Shown here one piece after another: positions 39,057 to 51,000 of a stretch of DNA of 64,000 bases. Below the pieces are notes generated by a model that saw only the letters and a program-made list of their open reading frames with translations, was not told the DNA's origin and ran no database searches. Made by a program: the position numbers and the translations under genes. Source of the DNA: Lytechinus pictus (lineage: Eukaryota); the NCBI RefSeq assembly GCF_037042905.1, contig NC_087251.1:45882001-45946000 (forward strand). The letters run 5' to 3'. Numbering within the stretch: the first letter of the stretch is position 1; each line of letters begins with the position of its first letter.

Positions 39057-42000
39057 ATGGCCCGATCAAAAAGGAGATTTCGAGGAGGTGGCACTGGTCA
39101 GAAGAAAAAGAGAAGGAAAATAAGTCTAGAGAAGATCAGCAAATGGAACAAGGAGCGCATTGAACGAGAAAAACTGCGGTAAGTTAAAAAAGATGTCGTC
39201 CCAGGCCAGTCGCGGCCGACCTTTTCTCTCACAGTCACAGTCCCACTAGCCACTGCCTGTATTTCGTGCACGGGTGCAGTCAGTGTACCGGTACGCGGTA
39301 GTCTCTAACTAAGCCCGCACACTGCACTGGCACTGATTCGTTACTACTACTAGTACACTAGATCATATCACTCACACAACATGCGAGGTTAGTATACTAA
39401 CCTCGCACAACGCATGTGATTTCATATTGCATTTTGACGTTTTCATTCATCACACAAATGTCAGGGAATGAAACACGGCAAAAAGTTCAACATATTTTAT
39501 TTCCTAGGTCCTATACGTAATGAATTTAAGGAGGCGCGATAGCTCCAATAGTAATATATACTAACCTCGCAATACGTGTGAGTGCGATAGCTCAGACCTC
39601 AGTCGGTAGAGCGGGGGATTCGTATTCCAGTGACCCGGGTTCGATTCCCACTTGGTGCGCTAATGCCCTTTGGTAAAGGCATTAAACCTCATTACCAGGT
39701 CCTTCGGAGAGGACCTTAACTTAAGCCGTCGGTCCTCTGGTTGCTTGCTTACAAGCATTCATGCTTTCTTAGCAATCAGGTAAAAAATCCCCACCAATCA
39801 ATCACCAAAGTACAACAATCATCTAGCTTGATTTTAATTATAATTATAAATTTATTCGAAATTATTTGTAAAAATGATTTTTTAATGCTTACCTCCAAAT
39901 TTTGGCCAAGATACTCCGTCTGTCCGTCCAAGTACTGCGGTGGAAATCACGCAAACAACAATTGAAATGCGATTTTTCCTATCGAACAGTCTCGATTTAA
40001 GTTGTCGGCGCATAGGAAATTGTAGAAAAAAAATCAACAGGTTGCATTTCATGTATATACTTATAGGTAAAGTACGCCATCTTTTGACAGATGATGATGA
40101 AAGTAGATTGAACGAGCAAGAAAATAATGCCGAGCGCCTAGAAAGTAGAATGCAGCTACAAGCTGCAGACAAACGGTACAAACCGGCATATGAATAACAT
40201 CGCGCACTCACACTATTGCGAGGTTAGTATATGCTATACGAATCTCGCACAACCAACCTGTTTTTGTAGTGGATTTTAGAGTTGTCGTTAACATCGCTTC
40301 ATAACGTGAATGATGTAAGCCGATACCCATTCCGCTACTCACCAGGGCTTTCTCTGGTAGAAAGCGTTCCATTATCAATTTTTAACATATTTTTTTAATT
40401 TAAAAAGGACACAAAAAAGAGCAAAATCACTTACCTCTGCCTGGAAAGTGGCTTCGCACGTCTCTTCCACGGAAATAAAAGGAAGGTCGTTGGTGGCTCT
40501 AATACAGTTCGCAACCTTAATTCAGCTTGGTGGTATTTTTTAAACTAGATTCATGATTCATTGTTTGCACAATTCCAATAATTGTTTGATAAAATAGAGA
40601 CCCCAATAAATGCAATAACTTAAAAAACATACTTTTTTATTATTTTTGCTGACGATAATACTTTTTGGAAATATTCAAAACGATGACAAATTAAACAAAA
40701 AATATAGAAAATTCTATGTACCTTGAACAAAGCCCCGCAAGTGCTACCGTTCGTTTGTCAATTAACGTTCCACCAAAGTCTTTACAGTAAAAAGATTGAA
40801 CACTTTGCCGACTTCGCGTAACGCTTTGCATCGATTTACGTGTAAGATAATTTCTGTGTCTAGTCTTTCAATTGTGACTTTGATATGAAGATAAATCGCG
40901 CGCCCTCTTTCGCTCGTTAGACAAAAAATTTGAGAGCTAGAAAGGTAGCTCTCGTATTTTGTCAACGAGAAGAAAAATCAACGCTTAAATGACACATTTT
41001 GAGGGATATTCATCAAATTATGAGGAATTGACTTCACATCGTTTCGTAAGTTTCGTAGGAGGACTTCATTCTGTAAGTCCTCGTATTAATTTTTCGTAAA
41101 TTAACGTTATTTGTTGAATGCGCCGTGCCTTCAATTATTCTGTAGTCGGCGGCTGAGATGTAGCCGTGGGTGAATATCGCGTGCCCTCTTTAGGCAAAAA
41201 CTGATGTCCACGCTGTTCAGGAGGCATCTACGCGAAGATCAAGCAAAAATGCTTTTTTTTTAATTAAAAAAAACAGCAAAGAGAATTCAACAAACGATCC
41301 ATATGGTTCGGTAAGTGTCATAGCACAATTAGAAATCTTAGCTATAATGATATGTCATAGTTATTTCAGCAAAAAGGGTGTGAAAGATTCGCGTGCACCA
41401 GGTGCATATGAATCCTTCGCACGCGAGATGAATTGAACCCATGGGTGAGATCATATGAGTGAACTTAGACCCTTTCCGAATTTCAAAGAAATTGTAAGAA
41501 CATTTGATATGAATATTCCAACCAATGAAATCTTAGCAATCGCGATATGCGTGCTGTAGCCTGCCCTTAGCTTGGCGAAAAACAAAGAAATCAAGATGGC
41601 GACGTAAAATAAAACGGTGGCAAGTTTTCCCCCGTCTTTTCAATATATTTTTCTCATTTTTAATGAATTCTTGTTTCAAAATGAAATCAAAACTTGCCAC
41701 CGACACCGTGTTTACATCGCCATCTTGATTTCTTTGTCTTTCGCTGTAGCTATAGTCTTTCGCTGTAGCAGAATTGCGTCGCAGGCTCGCAGCACTCGCA
41801 ACCCACTAGTTAGAAATCCACTGCCAAATGCAGTTCTTTGTATGATGAGGTTAGTATAACCTCGCACTAGTGTGAGTGCCTCTAGTCTAATGCTTTTTAG
41901 TAGAAATGCTGTTTTTTTTTTATGGAAATGTCTACCTGTGGACACTGTTGTCTGTTGTACTGCTCTGTTTTGACCACATCGGTACTAGAAGTGAAGGAGA

Positions 42001-45000
42001 CAGTCCCAAGACAGTATCAATCGTGATTGGTCATGAAAAAGAAAACACTAATAAGCGAAGGTCACAGCCAAAGGCAAAAGACCCCATTTGGCCAGGCACT
42101 GAAATTTCAATTACTCGAGGAGTCTTCATTTTCTGATGTCTTTTTGTTTCTTTTTCATCTAGATATGCAAAGAAAGAGGAAACTCAAGAATACAAGACAG
42201 CTGGACCATCCACAGCATTTCAAGAGGTAAATATCATTTAAAATATATGTTGATCAGGTCCAGTGAAAGAATTATTCACTTTTGAAGAAGAAATAAATAA
42301 TTGTGTAAAAATAATAATTATGAAGAAATTTCCAGGGCTACTTCATCAGGTCACCTTCCAAACTTTGCTACATTGTATTACAGTTTACATTTGACCCTAT
42401 TGAAATTTCAGGGGCTCTTTTTTTGGTTAGTTTTCCAGGGCATTTGGGAGCATTTCTACGGTGAATAAGCCCTTTGCTCTGGTGTGATATTTTTCCTGCT
42501 CCTATACACTGTAGGTACGAAGGAACAAAGTAGATTTATGATCAATTATTGAAATTTGTGTGATGGATGGAGACATACCAGTACTACATTAAAACACTGT
42601 AATGATGAGACAAAAATAGAAACATCAATATCAATTTTTGAAAATGGAAACATTCTCTGCTAGCTAAAATTGCAGTTGCTTCATTGATATTTGCAACACT
42701 AAACTTTGCTGAATGTTTTGTGAAAAGGCAAACTAATTATACTTCTGAAACGTCAAGCACTTCAAAGTCCGAACTTCAAAGATGTTTTTACACGTTAGAA
42801 CTTTCATATTTAATTCAAAATGCAATTTATTGGAAAATTTGGTTGCATCAGATTGTGCAGGATGCTGTGGGCTTAAGGGCAATTCCATAGGTTGGTGGAC
42901 ATGAGCTCAATGTGTCTTTGTACATATAGCCCATCTGAACCGTAACGTGAGTAACCACTTTATCTGCACCCCTAGTAAAAACCATGTGTTCTTTATTTTT
43001 TGAATTATATACAAATTTGTCTCCCTAATATACTTCTTTGAAATGGATATAATCAACTTTCATAAAAACCTTGCATGAGGACACTTTTCACTTATGTCCA
43101 CTTTTCATTTTATGCATGTCCAAATAATGTAACATGAGTAACCGACACATTTCAAAGATTTGCCAGGAGCATAATGAAATTTCCCAAGTTTTGTTTTTAT
43201 ACAAAGGATAGTCAGACTGCATACTATGTTGTGATAAAGATATGTTTAGTTCCTATCAATAATAATGGAGTTACAGCTCCAAGTATGAGTCAAGGTGTCT
43301 CCAAATGTAACGTGAGTAACCGTGGAATAGCCCTTAAGGTAAAGGTATATTTCTTATTTCCGCTTAACATTTGCATTGTAAAGAGAGATTGTACCTTGTC
43401 TCTTGCAGGAATCGTCTTCTTCTGATGAGGAAGATCAACAGACGATGACCCCTTATCAAGAGCTGCTTGCTAATTTGGGTGCTGATGTGGCAGAGGATGA
43501 TGATCTGTCGGGTATGACATACATGTACATACTTAGAGGGTACTCCAGGCTAAAAATAATATTAACCGAGAAAATGAAACTAGCAAATTGATGAAAGTTT
43601 CATCAAAATCTGGAAAAATAAGGGAGTATTGAAGATTTAAAGTTCTGCAATCTTTGTGAAAACAGTGTTTGATATTTCAAGTCAGTAATGCTGATATATT
43701 GAATTGTGTAATGCAGGCTAAACTGCCAGGAGCATTTCACTTGTAAATCAGAAAAAAGTACCAATAATGATACTTTTACGTATTTTTGCTAGAAACCTGT
43801 AGGAGTTTGCATTGAGTTTTAAAATTTATTCATGTTCTGAAGCAATTTTAGATCTGACATGCTGTTAAAATACACTATGTAACCTCTGAACCCTGATATC
43901 ACAAATGTCTCAACAGACATATGAGACTTAAAAAGAAAAAAGTCATGAAAACGCTGTGGTGCAAGGCTTTCAAGTAAAGATATATCACAAAAAATGTAGC
44001 TGTATAGCTTTAATATAGCAAATTGTGCAAAAATGTTTGTTTGTTTTTCAGATGAGGAGGATTCTGAAAGTGAAATTGGAGATGAGGAAGGAGCCATTGG
44101 TGAAGATGGTGTCAACGATGATGAGGTTGATGATGATGATGACAGCGACCTTGAAGATGATGATGACGGCGCCATCGAAGATGATGACGACAGCGCCATC
44201 GAAGATGATGATGATGACAGCGACATCGAGGATGAAGAGGACAATGATGAAGAAATTGGGGAAGTTCAAACTGGAGAGAATGGATTATCAAGAAAAGGAG
44301 ATGGTGACAGCAATGGAGGAGAGGAGGGAGAAGAGGAGGAGGTGGGGGAAGAGGAAGAGGAAGGAGGAGAAGATGAAGAGGAACTTGCATCATCTAGTGA
44401 ATTAGATGATGATGACGATGGCAGTGACGATGGAAAAGACGACGATCAAGGACAAGTACACAAAGGTATCTAAGCATATATATGTCATCAACCATTAATT
44501 TGATAAAGATGCATAGGTTCACATCTCTAGAGACGTTATTGTTTCTTATTATTTCAATCTTCTTTGGCACCATTTAATTGCAACACTTAATTAACATGAA
44601 GCAGAGTTACATGCGATGATAGGAAATCCAACCTCCATCTGAGATCAGACCTGCCAACCAGTACGTTTTTGGCGTATTTAGTACGTTTTTTTTCATCTCT
44701 AAATGTCTCTATTTCATAAAACTTACACAAATATGGTTATTAGACCAATGTAATTTCAGGTAACTTGTTTTTTTTTCAATCATTTTGTTAAAACCAGGGT
44801 GAGATATACACATGTTTAAATGTTTTTTTTTTTCATCTGCAAGAGCAGTGCGCATTTTAGCTTGCATGCAGCTTGAGCGCCGCGATGAGCGAGTGCGCCA
44901 CACATTTTATTATGAAATACACTTTTTGGGGGAAAAATACAATTTTTTAAATCACAGAATACACTTTATCAATCCCAGAGGTTGGCAGGTCTGTGAGATG

Positions 45001-48000
45001 AATTAAGGGATGGGAATCGGGTGTTGGGCTGTGTAGTTGAAAATTGTTGATCCAGTCAATATTCACTTGGTCTACTCTACAAACAGTTGATCTACTTTAC
45101 GTGGGCTAAACCCATTTTGTCTCTAATAAATGGTTTTATCGTCATTTGGTCTTTAGCATTTGCAGTCTAAGTTTTACTAACAGAATATGTAAAGTTGAGA
45201 AAGTCGATTTGAATGTTCGTAACTTCATCCTTGGTATTTAGTTGCAAGTGTTGATTATGCAAGCATTGTTTCCCTGATATTTCAGATCCATTCTATAAAA
45301 GGATCAACTATGAACTCAGTGAAGACGTCATCAGCAAGTTCGGTAAAGGGAGGCCATGTAACGTATTTGAAGAAAAGGTATCTGGCAGCTGAAATAAATA
45401 AATTCTCATGCAAACTCACAATATTTATCCTTTATCATACATTTTTATATGATCTTCTTCACATCATTACTGTTTTAGAGCATACACATTCATATAATCT
45501 AGTAATGACTTGGAATAGCGGCATTCACTTTGGGGGGAAATTTCCAAAATTACGGTTAATAGGACCATGCTGAAAAAAATTTAATCTGAACATGTTATCC
45601 TGGATAAAGATGTTCATATAAAATGAATGAATAAATCAATTAATATATGAATAAATGAATATAAATTAATACATAAAAAACAAATAAATAAATAAAACAA
45701 AAAACAAGCTAAATCTTGTCATTTTTATTTGCAATGAAATCTTTGTTAAACATCGGCCAGATTGGTTGACAAGATTGTAGGTCATTGTATTGCTAAAGAT
45801 AAGCATTTCTTAACTCTTTAAAAAAAAAGTTAAATATATGTACATGATGTTTTGTTGATTTATTTCCTTTTTAGTGGCCACGCTTGGGTAAACTCTCCTG
45901 TTTTTGTTACGATGATGTATCTCGAGATGAAATGAAGTTATCCAAGGAGACTGACTTCAAGTCTCTCCATGTAAGTAAATGCCTTCTTGTTGAGTACAAT
46001 GCCCTAGGGTTTAAGATATTGGAAGTTTTATGGGAAGTTCACCGTGTACAGCAGAACTTTTAAAGAAAATTGCTAGTGGTGGTTTGATGGAAAGCTATCA
46101 AAGAAAAAGGGAGTTGTTGATTTTTATAGTTTTTAATTTGTGATGTCATGTTTAAGAAGTTCCCTCGTATGTCTTGTTATTATAGATTCCATAAAATCCT
46201 TCCAAAAAATATTCCAATGTGTTTTTTGTCAGTTTGTGTCATATATTTTATGATATTTATTGTAATTTCAATCTTTGACAACCCTAGGTCCCGTATGTCT
46301 TGTTATCATAAATTCCAGTAAATCCTTCCAAAAAATATTCCAATGTGTTTTTTGTCAGTTTGTGTCATATATTTTATGATATTTATTGTAATTTCAATCT
46401 TTGACAACCCTAGGTCCCCAAACGAGTATCTAGTTCTTGGAAAGAAGCCAATAAGGGTTACATTGAAGCAGGCTCGGAGGCTAATCTATCGCGTCTCCAA
46501 CAAGAACTCTTCTCCATTATGAATTCTTATCAGGTACTGTTCAGTGTTCGACATGGTGTCAGTTTGCTTTTCATGATGAAAATGTCTTGCCCCTTTTCAA
46601 AGGGGAAAGTGCTTGCTTAGATAAATGATGGTGATGGTGATGATGATGAGGATGGTGCTGATGATGATGATGATGATGATGAGAATGATGGTGCTGATTG
46701 TAATGATGATGATGACGATAATGGCAGTGATGATGATGATTATGATGATGATGACAGTGATGATGAAGATGATTATCATGATGAAAGTGATGGTGATGAT
46801 GTTGGTAGTGGTGATCACTGTCGTTGCGGTATTGCTGATGCTGCTAATGATGATTATGGTGGTGCTGATTGTGGTAATAGTCATACTGATGATGATAAGA
46901 ATGATAATAATAATTATAACATTTGTAGGGCGCTTAATACAGGTGTTTCTAAGCGCTCAGTTTTCTGCCTATCAACTAAATTACCGGGGAAAAAAAAAAA
47001 AGAAAAAAAAAAAAAAAAAAAAAAAAATTATTATTATTATTATAAGAATGATGACAGTAGTATTGATAGCGATGATGAAGAAGGGAACCAGATGATGATG
47101 ATTATCATCATGGTTATGATAGAAGTGATGAAGAAAGGTGGTGGTGATGGTCGTAAGGAAAGCTAATAATAATATTCCGCATTTATATAGCGCTTAATAC
47201 ATCGGAACGACGTCTCTAAGCGCTTTACAGACATACAGACATATTATTACCCCGGTCATCGGATCCTTGCATGCCCACATACAATGTATGCACCTTCCCC
47301 ATTCCCTGGGGAGCATTCCAACAAGAGTTCCAAGACTCAATTGCTAGGCATACTACATATAGGCTTTCACATCCTACCGGGTACCCATTTAACACCTGGG
47401 TGGAGAGTGGCAAAGTGTGAATTAACGCCTTGCCAAAGGACGCTAGGCCATGGTGGGATTCGAACACACGACCCTCTGATTACAAGGCGAGAGTCAGAAC
47501 CGCTACACCACGACGCTTCCACTTTCTTTCCAATATTAGCACATTAAATGAAAAAATACCAAAACAATTCATAATGAAATTTTAACATATACTGTATGAT
47601 AATATTTGCAATAATTCTTAACTCTTCATGTGATTTCATAACAGGATCTTGTTTATCCTGAGAGGAACTACCAGAATGAAGAGGAGGTTAGGCTGGTGTA
47701 TTGTCTCCATGTACTCAGTTACATTATCAAGTATGTATTTTATCAGTTTTTTGTACCTTTTGTTTTCTTCTGTAATTTTCATTAATTTCCCTCTTTCTAT
47801 ATCTACGTTAGACTTTTTTGTCTATTTTTGTTGTCTCTTATTTTTTTATGTTTGCAATCCCCCCATTCTTATAATTTCTCTCCTCAATTAATAATAATGA
47901 TAATAATGATAATGATAATAATAATAATGATAATAATGATAGTAATAATAATCATAATAATAATAATAATAATAATGGTAATGATAATAATAATAATAAT

Positions 48001-51000
48001 AATAATGGTAATGATAATAATAATAATAACAATTACAATAATAATAATAATGATAATAATGGTAATATGAATATTTGAAACACGCTGGTATCCATCATGA
48101 AAAGATACCCATGGTGCATTTAAGAATAGAAGAAATAAAATGGAAACCTAATTATAGAGAGGGAAGAATTGTATTTACTTAAAAGCTTGTGGGAACAACC
48201 AGGTTTGCAGTGAATTTTTGAAAGTGGTAAGACAAGAAATATTGCAGATGTCTTTTAGGAGTTTATTCCCTCGGAATGGCCCAGCATATTGAAATGATCA
48301 TTCCCCTGTGAATTATTAGATATTCTCAATCTTACCATTTATTTAGCAGATCATTTCCATATTTTAAAAGTCCATCTTATGAAACCCATTCGCCATGTAT
48401 GCGTAACAGAATACATGCATATTCAAATAGAATCCTATATATTTTCTTTTACTAAAAAAAATGATTTTAGATCCAGGAATGTTGTCCTGAAACACAACCA
48501 GATGTTGACAGCAAATCCAGATCTTGATACAGAGTAAGTAGAAGACAGCCCACCCCCGCCCCCTCTTTTTTTAGTGGAAGGCAATCTTACCCTATCACTT
48601 TCTAATCTAACTTGTTCTGTACTTCAAGGGAAACTCCACTCCCAACAAAAAGTCTATTTGAAGAATAGGAGAAAAATCATCAAGCACAAAACTGAAAATG
48701 TAATGAAATTCTAATGTAAAATAAATTTGGTTTATTTTCACAAAATGGGTAAATGCATACCATGGTGATATATAAATGCGGGATTTGATGATGCCACACA
48801 CGCCCTATTTCTTTTGTATTTATTGTCTGATTATACAATACTTCATATTTGCAGATTTTAAAATAAGGAAGCTCTTGAATCACAATGGGTTAAATCAATG
48901 TAACAGTTACCACTCTCCACCCAGGTGTAGTAAATGGGTAACCGGTAAGAGAGAATTCCTTGAATGCCGAATCGCCGATCAGTGTAGCAGTATTTAAGTT
49001 GGGGTAATAGTATGTAGTGCATAGAAACATTGTATAAAGCGCTATACAAATTTAAGATATTTTTATTACTATTATTACGTACATATTGTCATTAGCTTTC
49101 ATGGGAAGTAGATGATTATTTGCTGATCCCAGACTTTCAAGAAAGCATTGAAGATGCCTGCATCAGAGACGTCTTTGGGGAAAAGCAAAATCTGTGTCAT
49201 TGAGAAATTCTTTGGCAACGCCTTAGCCTCCGGTAACTGTCAGACTAGGAATTGGGATATAATGACTTTACCATAAGGCAATTTCCAGTGGCATTAGATA
49301 CTGTCTGCTGGTAGTCAATCTTGTTCCACTCTGGGTGATGCATATCAGAATGGTGTCAATTTCCCCATGAAAATAAAGGATAATCTGCTTTTAAACTGTT
49401 TGTCAACCTTACCAGGTCCATGAGGGATCGGGGTCTGACCAGACCAAGGGTCCTGATCCTAGTCCCGTTCAGAAGCTCGGCCCTGGAGGTCATCAAGACC
49501 ATGGCCAAGATCCTGGTCCCATCGAACCAGAGCATGAGCCACCGCAAGAGGTTCTTTGATGAATACGGAGCCGAAGATCGGAGACCGTCCAAGTTTCCCA
49601 AACCAGGTTAGAGAAGATAGGGGGTGTAAAGTAGAGAGGGAGAGTCTCAGTTGGAATCTTGGAATTTCTAGAGAATAATCAACTTTTGTATATGTCGAAC
49701 CCCCATTTCACTCCATTTTTACTTCCCTTCAAGAATTGCTCAAGCCATGATGATTTGAGAGCATAACAATCATCCAAATGAACTATAAGATTTTAGGAAG
49801 AGCCAATTCATATGGGATCGGACATACATATTTTATGGAAATGTCAAACTATGGTACCAGAAGTGACATGAATGCAACTTTATTCCTGAGGGGGCACAGT
49901 CCTTGGAAAAAAATAGTTGACGTCATGTCTCTTAGGGCACAATATTTGTTCTAGTACTTCATACTTTTGTATGTATTGGGTTTATTTATGTTATCTCTGA
50001 GAGATAATAGATTCTAGATTCTGTGGATGAACTTTTCTAGAATAGCATGGTGTAGACTACAACACTATGTGATGTGATGAGAACAATAATAATATATCTT
50101 GACTCTTGAGAGTGCAGAGTGTCTATATTAAAGGTCAAGTCCACCCCAGCAAAATGTTGATTTGAATAAGTAGAGAAAAATCAAACTAGCATAACGCTGA
50201 AAATTTCATCCAAATCGTATGTAAGATAAGAAAATTATGGCATTTAAAATTTCGCTTATTTTTCACAAAACAGTGATATGCACAACTCAGTGACATGCAA
50301 ATGAGTCAGTCGATGATGTCCATCACTCACTATTTCTTTTGTTTTTTATTGTTTGAATTATACAATATTTCAATTTTACAGATTTGACCATAGGAACCGA
50401 CTTGACTGAACCATATAGTATTAAACAATGCTAATTCAACATGTTCAGGGAAGAATTAATCACTTTTTCACTTGACAATGAGGAGAAAATTAGAATATTT
50501 CATATTCATATAATAAAAGACAAAAGAAATAGTGAGTGGATGATGTCATAGTCTCCTCATTCGCATACCAGCCAGGATGTGCATATAACTGTTTTGTGAA
50601 ATTAAGTGAAACTTTAAAATGTCATAACTTTCTTATTTTAAATCCGATTTTGATGAAATTTTCAGTGTTATGCTTGTTGGATTTTTCTCTTTTTATTCAA
50701 ATCCAACTTTTTGTCGGGGTGGACTTGTCCTTTAAGTACCACTTGTACTAGCGCAAATGTTTCATACCTTAACAGTACATGGCGCTTTAAAATGTATTCA
50801 GTATATTCATGCGCATTACAGTTGTGTTCTCATTGTTATTTTTGCTCATGTCATGCCCCAGCACACATGCCCCAGCACACATGCCCACAAATAATTTTCT
50901 GATCATTATGTTCGACTATTCCTCACTATGAGAAAAATCACATATACAGTGGTCTTCTTAACAGAGGTCTGTGCCATATGTAAATTGCTTACTGATAGGT

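Noticed and set aside
38855..39163. 102-aa ORF at the UTP25 start
   Set aside because: Different frame from the ATG at 39057, which splices in phase to downstream exons; its 5' part lies in repeat-derived sequence.
39582..39660. Possible tRNA gene (also at 47440-47520 and 60449-60525)
   Set aside because: A/B boxes are present but the cloverleaf is disrupted and runs into SINE body and tail sequence, so these are SINE heads.
39882..40211. 109-aa and 85-aa ORFs inside the TIR-bounded unit as a candidate recombinase or transposase
   Set aside because: No recognisable catalytic motifs; the lengths are compatible with chance.
46597..48070. Poly-M/I/T ORFs
   Set aside because: (GAT)n and (AAT)n microsatellites.
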